Shown in pieces: positions 34,115 through 42,842 of a stretch of 64,000 nucleotides of DNA. The position numbers and the translations under genes are program-made. The notes below the pieces were generated by a model. That model made no database searches. It worked only from the letters and a program-made list of their open reading frames with translations, and was not told the origin of the DNA. Source of the stretch: an uncultured Gammaproteobacteria bacterium (GTDB lineage Bacteria; Patescibacteriota; Patescibacteriia; UBA9934; CAMTUG01); the NCBI GenBank assembly GCA_964588955.1, contig CAZPQJ010000006.1, positions 3,580 to 67,579 on the forward strand. Direction: 5' to 3'. Within the stretch, counting starts at the first letter, position 1. Each line of letters begins with the position of its first letter.

Positions 34115-34950
34115 TACTCATCTTGATTCCTTGGATCCTGATCGGCATCTGCGCGGTGGTGTTATTGATTGTGGCCTTGCGCAAGATTCCGTATTTGCGA
34201 GCGTTGGATGTATTGAGTATTCCTAAAACCCGCGCCGCGGCGCTCAAGAATAGTTTGGTCGCCAAACGTTTGGAGCGCGCCGGCGCCAAATGGGGCAAAG
34301 CCGTTAAGGTGGTGCTCACCCCTGTCGCTTTTGTAGGTAAAGTGGGCGTTCATTCGTTGAAAGCCAAAGTGATGAGTTTGGAAGAGCGATATCAGCGGTT
34401 GAAAAAAGAAGCGGTTGATCCGAGCATGACCGATCCAGCGCTTGTGAAACGCATGCTCGCGGAAGCGGAGACGCTGGGTAAAGAAGGACGTTACGGTGAA
34501 GCGGAGAAAAAACTGATTGAGGTGCTGAGTCATGATCCTAAAAATATGGGGATCTATGAAGAACTCGGCCGCTTGTACATGCTCACCAAAAATTACGATC
34601 AAGCCGAAGAAACATTGTCGTTTATTTTGAAGACCAACCCCAATGACGCTTCGGTATTGGTGAGTCTTGGAGAAGTGGAGTTGAAGCGCGAGAATCCCAA
34701 AGCGGCGGCGATTTATTTTGTGAAGGCCACTCGCAAGCGCCCGAAAAATCCTAAGTACTTGGATTTCCTGGTGGAAGCGAGTATTCAAGCGGGAGATTTA
34801 GAATTGGCTAAAAAGACCTTGGCACGGTTGTCGCTTGTTAATCCAGAAAATCAAAAGATTGGCGAATTCCAAGAGCGGATTGAGGCAAAAGAGACGGTGG
34901 GGCAGGAAAAGGAGAAAGAGGTAAAGCAGGAGAAAATCTTGGATAATTAG
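34111..34950 (+). CDS. TPR-repeat membrane-anchored protein
   Basis: One N-terminal TM is followed by three to four TPR-like units (YEELGRLYMLTKNYDQAEETLSFILKTNPNDASVLVSLGEVEL...). Confidence 0.55.
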   Translation: MILILIPWILIGICAVVLLIVALRKIPYLRALDVLSIPKTRAAALKNSLVAKRLERAGAKWGKAVKVVLTPVAFVGKVGVHSLKAKVMSLEERYQRLKKEAVDPSMTDPALVKRMLAEAETLGKEGRYGEAEKKLIEVLSHDPKNMGIYEELGRLYMLTKNYDQAEETLSFILKTNPNDASVLVSLGEVELKRENPKAAAIYFVKATRKRPKNPKYLDFLVEASIQAGDLELAKKTLARLSLVNPENQKIGEFQERIEAKETVGQEKEKEVKQEKILDN

Positions 34951-35025
34951 ACTGTGGGTGAACGCTCTTGCCAACCATCGGTCAATCCGTTATATTAACG
35001 CCGCCCCAGGTTGGATCGGAAGCGA

Positions 35026-35146
35026 GGTTTGCTTATTTTGAGAACAGTACAAGGCGCGGGTGGCGAGTTCGGAGACGTACTGATTCAAGTACGTTGAGGA
35101 ATGAGCCGGGACCCGCAACGCCGTAATGTTCCAAAATAAGCAAACC
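35026..35146 (+). other. ~120-nt layered stem-loop immediately upstream of tRNA-Thr (candidate structured leader or small RNA)
   Basis: The outer 19-bp stem pairs ggtttgcttattttg(a)gaac with gttccaaaataagcaaacc. The inner pairings are gcgggt/acccgc and acgtac-tgattcaa-gtacgt. It ends 9 nt before the tRNA. Confidence 0.3.
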
Positions 35147-35154
35147 TTAATCCA

Positions 35155-35230
35155 GCCGCGGTAGCTCAGTTGGTAGAGCGCATCCATGGTAAGGATGAGG
35201 TCGCCAGTTCAATCCTGGCCCGTGGCTCCA
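35155..35230 (+). tRNA. tRNA-Thr (anticodon GGT)
   Basis: It folds by hand: acceptor GCCGCGG/CCGTGGC, D-arm GCTC-AGTTGGTA-GAGC, anticodon arm CATCC-ATGGTAA-GGATG, T-arm GCCAG-TTCAATC-CTGGC. CCA is encoded. Confidence 0.85.
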
Positions 35231-35487
35231 TCAGAACGTCGTCCCAACGGGCGATGTTTTGTTTTGGGCCCTAGAAAAAAGACAAACCTCGCGTCGAGAA
35301 TGGCAGCATCCAAGAGTTGGAGTTTGTCGTCTCGCGCGGGGCGAGAGTTGGTCACGGCTTGCGTCGAGTCAGCGGAACGACCGCACTATGTAGGATGATT
35401 CCCTGAACGGGATAGAAAAGATCTGTCCAGTGTCCGCTCCAGTCTTTTTCTTTACCTTTTTCCGTGTCGGGGTTATCCTATTGGTAC

Positions 35488-35871
35488 ATGAAACGCGTCG
35501 TTCTCGCCTCTATTCTTGCCAGTGTATTGCTTACCTTTTCCAGCTTGGGCGGAATGGCCTTGTTTGGCATGCGGGGAGATATGCACATGGCTCCTGTCGT
35601 TTGTGCCGACCAGGTTTGTGCTCCAACCGCACACGTCGTTCCAACAGGAACGGAATGTCTCGATCATTGTTTGACGGTTGCTTCTGTCTTTAACACGGTT
35701 GTCGCTCCCTTGCCGTTCGTCGCTCTATTGATCGTTTTTTTCTCTTTTCTCCTTTTTTCTTCATCTTTCTCTTTTTCTTTTCTCTCTCCCCAAATCATTT
35801 ACCGCTTTCGCGAAGGGATAGGAAAATTATTGCTGCGTCGACAGTTAGCCACGGTGGTGTTGCGTAATTAA
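35488..35871 (+). CDS. small Cys-rich membrane protein preceding copA
   Basis: It has an N-terminal TM, then VVCADQVCAPTAHVVPTGTECLDHC (five Cys, His), then a C-terminal hydrophobic helix. It may be a metal-binding accessory protein. Confidence 0.4.
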   Translation: MKRVVLASILASVLLTFSSLGGMALFGMRGDMHMAPVVCADQVCAPTAHVVPTGTECLDHCLTVASVFNTVVAPLPFVALLIVFFSFLLFSSSFSFSFLSPQIIYRFREGIGKLLLRRQLATVVLRN

Positions 35872-35926
35872 TTCCAAGCACTCTTCCGCCCGTTTGCGGT
35901 TTGCTTGGTTTTATTTTTCACGCTTT

Positions 35927-38221
35927 ATGGAAACATCAACGTATAAAATTAAAGGGATGCACTGCGCTTCCTGCGCCGGCATGATTGAAAAGACGTTCAA
36001 GAAAGTCGACGGGGTCACTTCTGCCGAAGTTAATTACGGCACCGAAGCGGCGAAGATCGCGTTTGACGCGTCCAAAACAAGTCCAGAACAATTGTCCAAA
36101 ACGATCGAACCCCTTGGCTATTCCCTGATCGTGGAAACGGCGGAGTCGATGCATATGACCCCGAGCGAACATGCCGCTCATACGGGAATTGGGCAATCGA
36201 AAAAAGAGAAGCTGATGGAGATTGCCGAGATGCGCCGCAAGGTGTTATCGATGATCCCGTTGGCGGCTATCAGTGTTGTTGTGATGGTTTGGGACATTTT
36301 GTCGGAGGTGCGTTTAGTCGCTGAAATGCCAGTTGTCTTCGAGGAATTTGTTCATCATTTGTTACCGCTCATGGCGCTGTACGCGTTGGCGGTTGTGGGT
36401 AAACCGTATTTACTCGGTGTGTACCGATTCTTGCGTTACGGCACAGCAAACATGGACACGTTGATTGGTATCGGTACATTGGCGGCCTTTTTTTACAGTT
36501 TTGTTGTCACGGCTTTTGAAGAAGCATTGCGACCGTTTGTGAACGTCGATCAAACTTATTACGACGTGACCATTGTCGTGATTGCGTTCATTGCTTTGGG
36601 GAAGTACCTGGAGGCGCGGTCAAAAGTAAAGACCGGCGACGCGATTGAGAAGCTGCTGAACTTGCAAGCCAAAACGGCACGGGTGATGCGCGGCGGAGTG
36701 GAGATGGATGTGACGGTCAACGAGGTGGTGCATGGAGATTTGGTGATGGTAAAGCCGGGCGAGCGCGTTCCGGTTGATGGTGTGTTAACCGAAGGCGCGT
36801 CGTATGTGGATGAGGCGGTGGTGACCGGGGAGCCGATGCCGGTCAAAAAAGTGGTTGGCGACACGGTGATTTCTGGAACAATGAACACGAGTGGAGCGTT
36901 TACCTTTCAGGCCACCAACGTGGGCGCGGAAACGATGCTCTCGAGAATCATTAAAATGGTGGAAGAAGCGCAGGGGAGTCGCGCGCCGATTCAGGCATTG
37001 GCAGACAAAATATCGGCAGTGTTTGTGCCGATCGTTTTGGTGATCGCTTTTTTGACCCTGGCGGTTTGGTTAATCGTCGGCAGCCAGTATCTTGGATTCT
37101 CTCAAGCGCTTTCTCGTGGTTTGGTCTCGTTTGTTGGCGTACTGGTTATTGCTTGCCCGTGCGCGCTTGGACTAGCTACTCCGACGGCGATTATCGTCGG
37201 GGTGGGCAAGGGGGCGAGAGAGGGGATTTTGGTGAAGGACGCGGCCACGCTGGAGAAACTGTATAAAGTAAACACCGTGGTGGTCGATAAAACCGGAACG
37301 CTTACGCGTGGGAAGCCGGAGCTTGTTTCTGTGCGTCCATTGGCCGACATGTCCGAGCAAGAGCTTGTGACCATCCTTGCCGCCTTGGAAAAAACATCGG
37401 AGCATCCGATTGCCCACGCCATTGTAGGTTACGCGGAAACGCAAGCACTTGCATTGCCATCTGTTGTCGGTTTTGAGGCGATCAAGGGGCAAGGGCTGAA
37501 AGGTGTTATTAACGGCGTGGAATATTACGCGGGAAATTCTAAGCTCGTCGCTTCGCTTAACCTTTCCGTCGACACGACTTCGTTAGACAAGGAAACGACC
37601 GAGGGCAAGACGCCGGTGATTCTCGCGACAAAAGATAAACTCCTCGGCATCATCATGGTCGCCGATGCTATCAAGCCGGAAGCGGTCGAAGCCGTGGCTC
37701 ACTTGCATAAACTCGGCATCAAGGTGGTGATGTTGACCGGAGACAACAAAAACACGGCGGAGTTTATTGGTCGTCAGATTGGCGTTGATGAAGTGGTGGC
37801 GGAGGTGTTGCCGGAAGGGAAGTTACAAAAAATCACCGCGTTACAAGCGGAAGGGAAGATTGTCGCCATGGCCGGCGATGGTGTTAACGATGCTCCTGCC
37901 CTAGCAAAAGCCGATGTCGGCATCGCTATGGCAACTGGTACCGACGTGGCTATTGAATCCGCCGGCATCACCTTGCTGCACGGCGACATAAGCAAACTCG
38001 TGAGCGCCATTATGCTCTCCAAGTTGACCATGCGCGGGATCAAACAAAATCTTTTCTGGGCTTTTGCCTACAACGTGATTGGCATTCCCTTGGCCGCGGG
38101 TCTTTTTTACCCCATTTTTGGCTGGCTCCTAAGCCCTATTTTTGCCGGTATGGCCATGGCCTTTTCCAGTGTCTCGGTTGTAGGAAACGCGTTGCGCCTC
38201 AAAACCAAATCTCTCTCCTAG
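35927..38221 (+). CDS. copA: copper-translocating P1B-type ATPase
   Basis: The N-terminal HMA domain has GMHCASCA. The TM6 motif is CPC (ACPCALGLATP). Phosphorylation site DKTGTLT and GDGVNDAPAL are present. The start is at the METSTYK Met. Confidence 0.85.
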   Translation: METSTYKIKGMHCASCAGMIEKTFKKVDGVTSAEVNYGTEAAKIAFDASKTSPEQLSKTIEPLGYSLIVETAESMHMTPSEHAAHTGIGQSKKEKLMEIAEMRRKVLSMIPLAAISVVVMVWDILSEVRLVAEMPVVFEEFVHHLLPLMALYALAVVGKPYLLGVYRFLRYGTANMDTLIGIGTLAAFFYSFVVTAFEEALRPFVNVDQTYYDVTIVVIAFIALGKYLEARSKVKTGDAIEKLLNLQAKTARVMRGGVEMDVTVNEVVHGDLVMVKPGERVPVDGVLTEGASYVDEAVVTGEPMPVKKVVGDTVISGTMNTSGAFTFQATNVGAETMLSRIIKMVEEAQGSRAPIQALADKISAVFVPIVLVIAFLTLAVWLIVGSQYLGFSQALSRGLVSFVGVLVIACPCALGLATPTAIIVGVGKGAREGILVKDAATLEKLYKVNTVVVDKTGTLTRGKPELVSVRPLADMSEQELVTILAALEKTSEHPIAHAIVGYAETQALALPSVVGFEAIKGQGLKGVINGVEYYAGNSKLVASLNLSVDTTSLDKETTEGKTPVILATKDKLLGIIMVADAIKPEAVEAVAHLHKLGIKVVMLTGDNKNTAEFIGRQIGVDEVVAEVLPEGKLQKITALQAEGKIVAMAGDGVNDAPALAKADVGIAMATGTDVAIESAGITLLHGDISKLVSAIMLSKLTMRGIKQNLFWAFAYNVIGIPLAAGLFYPIFGWLLSPIFAGMAMAFSSVSVVGNALRLKTKSLS

Positions 38222-38222
38222 T

Positions 38223-39242
38223 ATGCAAACTTACACCTTTCACATTGCCGGCACGCACTGCCAGGCTTGTGTCCTGTTAACCGAAAGTACCCTTCTCGAT
38301 GTCCCGAAGATCACGCAGGCAAAAACCCGTCTTCACGAACAAACCGTGGAAGTAACCGGAGAGTTTGGCGATGAAGAACCGGCAGCTATCGCAGCGGAGT
38401 TAACGCGCGTCCTCGCCAAGCATGGTTATACGTTATCGGTCGAAAAACAGCGCCAGAAAAAACAATGGGGAGAGTTCAAACGGGCTGTCCCGATCGCCAT
38501 GGCGCTGATTATTGCCTTTGTTCTTTTGCAAAAAGCGGGAATCGTCAACGTGATCGGAGCGGGGGAGACGTCGTACCTTACCGCCTTCTTGGTTGGTGTT
38601 GTCGCTTCGCTTTCTACCTGCATGGCGATTGTTGGCGGATTGGTGCTCTCGATGTCGGCGACGTTTGCCAAGAATGGCGACGCGGTGAAACCGCAGGTGA
38701 TGTTTCATGTTGGGCGCATCGTCTCGTTCTTTATCCTTGGGGGAGTGATCGGCATGCTCGGTTCCGCTTTTCGTTTGAGCGGTTTGGGATCCCTTATTAT
38801 TGGTGTTGTGATTGGACTGGTGATGGTGATTCTTGGAGTCAACTTGCTCGACGTCACCGACTGGACTAAACGTCTTCAGCCGTCTATGCCCAAGGTTTTC
38901 TCTAAACACGCCATGGGAGTCTCTGCCTTGAATCATACCTTGACGCCGTTGTTGGTCGGCATCGCTACCTTCTTCTTGCCCTGCGGCTTTACGCAGTCGA
39001 TGCAGTTATACGCCCTTTCCACGGGGAGCTTTTTGACCGGCGGACTCACCATGCTCGCGTTCGCGTTAGGGACGCTGCCCGTGTTGGCGTTGATTAGCGT
39101 TAGTTCGTTCAGTGTGGAGAAGAGTCCACACAGAGGGGTCTTCTTTAAGACGGCCGGATTAATTGTTATTCTCTTCGCCCTGTTCAACATCGTGAATGCT
39201 TTGGCCGCTGCTGGGTATATTGCCCCTGTCTTTAGTTTCTAA
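38223..39242 (+). CDS. HMA-like domain fused to a polytopic membrane domain (DsbD/TauE-like), putative metal-handling protein
   Basis: The N-terminal ferredoxin-like domain has GTHCQAC, a variant of MxCxxC. Six to eight TM helices follow, with conserved Cys in helices (SLSTCMAIV, FFLPCGF). Confidence 0.55.
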   Translation: MQTYTFHIAGTHCQACVLLTESTLLDVPKITQAKTRLHEQTVEVTGEFGDEEPAAIAAELTRVLAKHGYTLSVEKQRQKKQWGEFKRAVPIAMALIIAFVLLQKAGIVNVIGAGETSYLTAFLVGVVASLSTCMAIVGGLVLSMSATFAKNGDAVKPQVMFHVGRIVSFFILGGVIGMLGSAFRLSGLGSLIIGVVIGLVMVILGVNLLDVTDWTKRLQPSMPKVFSKHAMGVSALNHTLTPLLVGIATFFLPCGFTQSMQLYALSTGSFLTGGLTMLAFALGTLPVLALISVSSFSVEKSPHRGVFFKTAGLIVILFALFNIVNALAAAGYIAPVFSF

Positions 39243-39255
39243 TTGTCTTGGTTCT

Positions 39256-39663
39256 ATGAAGTCTAATCTTGCCTTTCCTGTTGTCATGGCTATTCTTGTT
39301 TTGGGAGTCATCTTTATTTTTCGTGGAGCTCTTGGAGGGGGAGCAAACACAGCGGTTGCTCCCGCGGTCGACGGCTCAAACGTGACGGTCGTCGATGGTC
39401 AACAAATCGTAACGATTACGGTTAAAGGCGGCTATCAACCACAGACAACCGTGGTGCAAGCCGGTTTGCCAACCACTCTACGTTTTGTAACCAGTGGAAC
39501 GTACGACTGCTCTTCTTCCATGCGCATCCCGAGTTTAAACATCAGTAAAAACTTGCCGGCGACAGGTCAAACAGACGTTGACCTCGGTGTTTTGTCCGCG
39601 GGAACAGTGCAAGGCACCTGTAGCATGGGCATGTATCGATTCACGCTCACCGCGCAAGGATAA
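39256..39663 (+). CDS. secreted cupredoxin-like metal-binding protein
   Basis: Signal/TM, then ITVKGGYQPQTTVVQAGLPTTLRF...DCSSSMRIPSL...GTCSMGMYRF. This resembles the Cupredoxin_1-type proteins (CxxGMxxG) found beside P-type ATPases. The start is at the MKSNLAF Met. Confidence 0.5.
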   Translation: MKSNLAFPVVMAILVLGVIFIFRGALGGGANTAVAPAVDGSNVTVVDGQQIVTITVKGGYQPQTTVVQAGLPTTLRFVTSGTYDCSSSMRIPSLNISKNLPATGQTDVDLGVLSAGTVQGTCSMGMYRFTLTAQG

Positions 39664-39736
39664 GGAGACTCAGGTGAGGACAAAATGGTAAACGATCATT
39701 ACGAATCTTTGTAAGATAAAAGCAGCCACGTGTACT

Positions 39737-40057
39737 ATGAAAAAGCCATCTCTTTATCCGCAGCCGCTAGATCTTTTAGTAGATTGTTTGCGCAGCAAAG
39801 ATCCCGCAGACCTGGCTACCTGGTTTGCGCCTGAAGGGGAGGGGATCTTTTTGCAGGAAGTGGTGGATGCCGCCCGCGTGCGGACGATGGAAGAGCTGAT
39901 GGACGCCTTTTCGATAGATACGGAAGATCCTCATTGCCCCAAGCCAGAAACGGAGGAGTGGTGGATGATTTACGAGTGGCATCCCGTGCGTAAACAGCTC
40001 ATTCGTGGGGAGGAATTGCGAGAACGGCTTAAACGAGAACGGTTGCTCTTGGCCTAA
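39737..40057 (+). CDS. hypothetical protein (106 aa)
   Basis: It is an acidic small protein with no recognised motif. Confidence 0.35.
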   Translation: MKKPSLYPQPLDLLVDCLRSKDPADLATWFAPEGEGIFLQEVVDAARVRTMEELMDAFSIDTEDPHCPKPETEEWWMIYEWHPVRKQLIRGEELRERLKRERLLLA

Positions 40058-40084
40058 AAGACACAAGGGGATTATACTCGCGTC

Positions 40085-41212
40085 ATGCATTACGTTTCTT
40101 TGGTGTTTGGATGCGGATACCGCCGGCTCATGAAGCCTGTGCTTTTTCGGTTAAATCCCGAACGGGTGCATGACGCGTTTACGCTCCTTGGGCGTGCGCT
40201 CGGCGCGACGGTGTTGGGGCGATTTGTTGTGAAGCAGCTATTCGCTTTTGAACATCCCATGCTCGCGCAAACCGTTCTTGGAATGCGTTTCCAGAATCCC
40301 ATTGGGCTCAGCGCGGGTTTTGATAAAAATGCCGTGCTCACCAACATACTTCCGTCGGTGGGTTTTGGATTTGCGGAAGTCGGATCTGTTACGGGGGAGC
40401 CGTGCCAAGGAAATCCGAAACCGCGCTTGTGGAGACTGCCGAAATCACGGGCGCTCGTGGTGCATTATGGACTCCTTAATGATGGTTGCGTGGCGATTGC
40501 TAAACGGTTGCGCGGACGTGCCTTTACTATTCCTGTGGGGGTGAGCGTGGCAAAAACGAATAGTCCGCAGACGGTGGATCTTCTGGCGGGAATCGCGGAT
40601 TACGAGAAAGCATTTCGCGAGACGCATGCGTTGTTTGCCTATGTAACGGTGAATATAAGTTGCCCCAACGCCTTTGGGGGAGAACCGTTCGCGCAGCCGG
40701 ATCGGTTAGAGCCGTTGTTGGCACGATTAGATACGATCCAGACAACGAAACCTGTTTTTGTAAAGTTGCCCGTGGATTTGTCGATCGAGGCTGTGGATGA
40801 GATCGTTGCCGTGCTTATGCGTCATCGGGTTCATGGCGTGGTTGTGGCGAATTTGACCAAGCGTCGTGACCGCCCAGAAATTCAAAAAGAGGAACTTGCG
40901 CGTGTTGGATCTGGGGGGATAAGCGGAAAACCTACCTACGACGCCTCCAATCGATTGATCGCCCATCTTTACCAAACAGTGGGGGATCGGCTGGTTATTA
41001 TCGGGTCTGGCGGGGTGTTCACGGCCAACGATGCTTACGAGAAGATTCGTGCCGGCGCCACGCTTGTACAACTGATTACCGGGATGATTTTTGAGGGGCC
41101 GCAGGTTATAGGGCAGATCAACCGCGGGTTGGTGGATCTTTTGAAAAAAGATGGGTTTTCTTCTGTTGCGGAGGCGGTGGGAAGTGGGGAAAAACAAAAA
41201 CATCACGCGTAA
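40085..41212 (+). CDS. pyrD: dihydroorotate dehydrogenase, class 2 (quinone-dependent)
   Basis: LFRLNPERVHDAF aligns with E. coli PyrD LFQLDPERAHEF. GLSAGFDKN, the NISCPN active-site loop and GSGGVF are present. An alternative start is the Met at 40130. Confidence 0.8.
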   Translation: MHYVSLVFGCGYRRLMKPVLFRLNPERVHDAFTLLGRALGATVLGRFVVKQLFAFEHPMLAQTVLGMRFQNPIGLSAGFDKNAVLTNILPSVGFGFAEVGSVTGEPCQGNPKPRLWRLPKSRALVVHYGLLNDGCVAIAKRLRGRAFTIPVGVSVAKTNSPQTVDLLAGIADYEKAFRETHALFAYVTVNISCPNAFGGEPFAQPDRLEPLLARLDTIQTTKPVFVKLPVDLSIEAVDEIVAVLMRHRVHGVVVANLTKRRDRPEIQKEELARVGSGGISGKPTYDASNRLIAHLYQTVGDRLVIIGSGGVFTANDAYEKIRAGATLVQLITGMIFEGPQVIGQINRGLVDLLKKDGFSSVAEAVGSGEKQKHHA

Positions 41213-41228
41213 TGGCGTGATAGTTTTG

Positions 41229-41314
41229 GTGGGCAGGGATGGGTTCGAACCATCGAAGGCGTGAGCCAGGAGATTTACAGTCTCCCCCGTTTGACCACTT
41301 CGGTACCTGCCCTT
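41229..41314 (-). tRNA. tRNA-Tyr (anticodon GTA), long variable arm
   Basis: The minus-strand sense is GGGCAGG-TA-CCGA-AGTGGTCAAAC-GGGG-...GGAGA-CTGTAAA-TCTCC-long V-arm-GATGG-TTCGAAC-CCATC-CCTGCCC-A-CCA. Confidence 0.8.
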
Positions 41315-41366
41315 AGTGGTTGGAACGTCGTTATACTAACCAAGTTTTGACAACCTGTAAAGGGCG

Positions 41367-41395
41367 TTGACACGATAGGTTTTTTCTATTAGTAT
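41367..41395 (+). promoter_or_regulatory. candidate sigma70-type promoter for tRNA-Thr/rpmG/tRNA-Trp
   Basis: TTGACA, then a 17-nt spacer, then TAGTAT. The -10 element ends ~30 nt upstream of tRNA-Thr. Confidence 0.35.
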
Positions 41396-41425
41396 TGCCA
41401 CTGCGGATCGTCGAGAAAGGCGTTT

Positions 41426-41500
41426 GCCGCCTTAGCTCAGCGGTAGAGCAACACTTTTGTAAAGTGAAGGTCCCCGGTTCAAATCCGGGAGGCGGCTCCA
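41426..41500 (+). tRNA. tRNA-Thr (anticodon TGT)
   Basis: The acceptor GCCGCCT/AGGCGGC is perfect. The anticodon arm is ACACT-TTTGTAA-AGTGA with an A.A mismatch at 27-43. The T-arm is CCCGG-TTCAAAT-CCGGG. CCA is encoded. Confidence 0.8.
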
Positions 41501-41670
41501 GCAAGCTTTCCCGACAGACTGCGCTTAGGCTCATGGCCATTCGCCTTGCGCTGTCGTCTGTCGGTCGCTTGCTTTGCCCAGCTCTGCTGGGCACCGGCGA
41601 CGGGGTGGGACAAGAATCCATTGACAAAATACCCCTGTTTTGATACCCTCCAGCAATCAAATAAACCACT

Positions 41671-41826
41671 ATGTCTCAAGATAATCGCGTCAAATTGGAG
41701 TGCACGGAGTGTAAGAAGGTCGGCTACAACACCAAGAAGAACAAGAAGACCATCAAGGAACGTTTGAAACTTAGCAAGTTCTGCAAGTGGTGCCGGTCTC
41801 ACACCGAACACAAAGAAACCAAGTAA
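41671..41826 (+). CDS. rpmG: 50S ribosomal protein L33
   Basis: It is 51 aa, below the ORF-track cut-off, and was found by hand. [51 protein letters not shown] has the C4 zinc ribbon CxxC...CxxC. Confidence 0.8.
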   Translation: MSQDNRVKLECTECKKVGYNTKKNKKTIKERLKLSKFCKWCRSHTEHKETK

Positions 41827-41830
41827 ATCA

Positions 41831-41857
41831 AAACCGCCTTCGGGCGGTTCTTGATTT
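41831..41857 (+). terminator. rho-independent terminator after rpmG
   Basis: aaaccgccttcgggcggtt is a hairpin with a UUCG-type loop, followed by cttgatttt. Confidence 0.55.
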
Positions 41858-41889
41858 TCCTAAGCGGAATCGTTATAGTGTCGCGGCAT

Positions 41890-41964
41890 AGGGGTGTAGT
41901 GAAATGGCTATCACTAGGGTCTCCAAAACCCTCATTCAGGGTTCGAATCCCTGCGCCCCTGCCA
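41890..41964 (+). tRNA. tRNA-Trp (anticodon CCA)
   Basis: AGGGGTG-TA-GTGA-AATGGCTA-TCAC-T-AGGGT-CTCCAAA-ACCCT-CATT-CAGGG-TTCGAAT-CCCTG-CGCCCCT-G-CCA. Confidence 0.85.
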
Positions 41965-42023
41965 CAAATAATCCTGCTCTCGAGCAGGATTATTTGTATT
42001 TACTTTCTCAAAGTAAACTATCC

Positions 42024-42518
42024 ATGTATCCTAACGGCAATATGTTTCAAGACTTTTCCATTAAGGCCGCCAAGAGCCAGGCGAAGTCCAATGGTCTGGA
42101 TACATGGGCGTATGATTTCCTCAACGGCCCTGGGAAAAATAAAGAAATGGCCCGGGGCATGCAAAAACGAAGAAAGAAGGACAAGCTTTTTTGGTTGGGT
42201 CCAATCTTCTTCCCACTCAAAGAAATGGAAAGATGTTGTGGACCAGAAGCAAAAATGGAATTTGTTGAATCGCAAAAAGATTGGGAGAAGCGTGTTGGTA
42301 AACTTGTCGTAGCGTTAAAAAAGGGTTGGGAAGCTCCTGTCCTTATTGTGAATCCTCGCCCGTGGCCCGTGTTGTCTGTTCGAGATGGCAACCATCGTCA
42401 TGAGGCTCTCAAACGCATGAAGAAAAGAAAGTATTGGACACTCTTTTGGTTTGATAGCGAAAAAGACCGTGTAAAATTTATAAGAAAATACAAAATCAGC
42501 CATTCATCACCATTTTGA
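42024..42518 (+). CDS. hypothetical protein with ParB/Sulfiredoxin-like DGNHR motif
   Basis: VLSVRDGNHRHEALKRM resembles the DGxHR catalytic/binding loop of ParB-N/Srx/DndB-like folds. The gene is AT-rich and starts 60 nt after tRNA-Trp. The start is at MYPNGN; the ORF track extends it back over the tRNA. Confidence 0.4.
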   Translation: MYPNGNMFQDFSIKAAKSQAKSNGLDTWAYDFLNGPGKNKEMARGMQKRRKKDKLFWLGPIFFPLKEMERCCGPEAKMEFVESQKDWEKRVGKLVVALKKGWEAPVLIVNPRPWPVLSVRDGNHRHEALKRMKKRKYWTLFWFDSEKDRVKFIRKYKISHSSPF

Positions 42519-42604
42519 TTTTGTCGCGTTGTGTGGATAACTTAGTTGCTCTATTTCCTGAGAGAGGGATACTTAAGATAGGCCTTATTATTAAGCAAAC
42601 CTAT

Positions 42605-42757
42605 ATGCTCATGACTATTGCCATCGTTCTCGTCCTACTTTGGCTCCTGGGAGTCATTGGATTTCATGTGGTTGCTTGGTTTATCCATCTTTTGCTCGTA
42701 TTGGCCGTTATCCTTGTGCTCGTCCGCATCATCCAAGGACGCAACCCTGTCGCGTAG
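42605..42757 (+). CDS. small two-helix membrane protein (lmo0937-like)
   Basis: MLMTIAIVLVLLWLLGVIGFHVVAWFIHLLLVLAVILVLVRIIQGRNP follows the typical pattern of that small-protein family. Confidence 0.4.
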   Translation: MLMTIAIVLVLLWLLGVIGFHVVAWFIHLLLVLAVILVLVRIIQGRNPVA

Positions 42758-42842
42758 GGATTGTTTTTTATCAAAATTCTCGCCTGCAAACACTCCGCTT
42801 TGGCGGAGTGTTTGTTATGAGCGATTTTCAGGAATAGGTGCG

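Noticed and set aside
35026-35146. SRP RNA or 6S RNA assignment for the structured element upstream of tRNA-Thr
   Set aside because: It has no domain-IV GGAAGCAGC-like motif for SRP RNA. It is too short and lacks the central-bubble architecture of 6S RNA. It is kept only as an unclassified structured element.
41546-41767. 73-aa plus-strand ORF between tRNA-Thr and the terminator
   Set aside because: It overlaps the genuine rpmG (L33) gene in another frame, whereas the L33 reading frame gives a textbook sequence.
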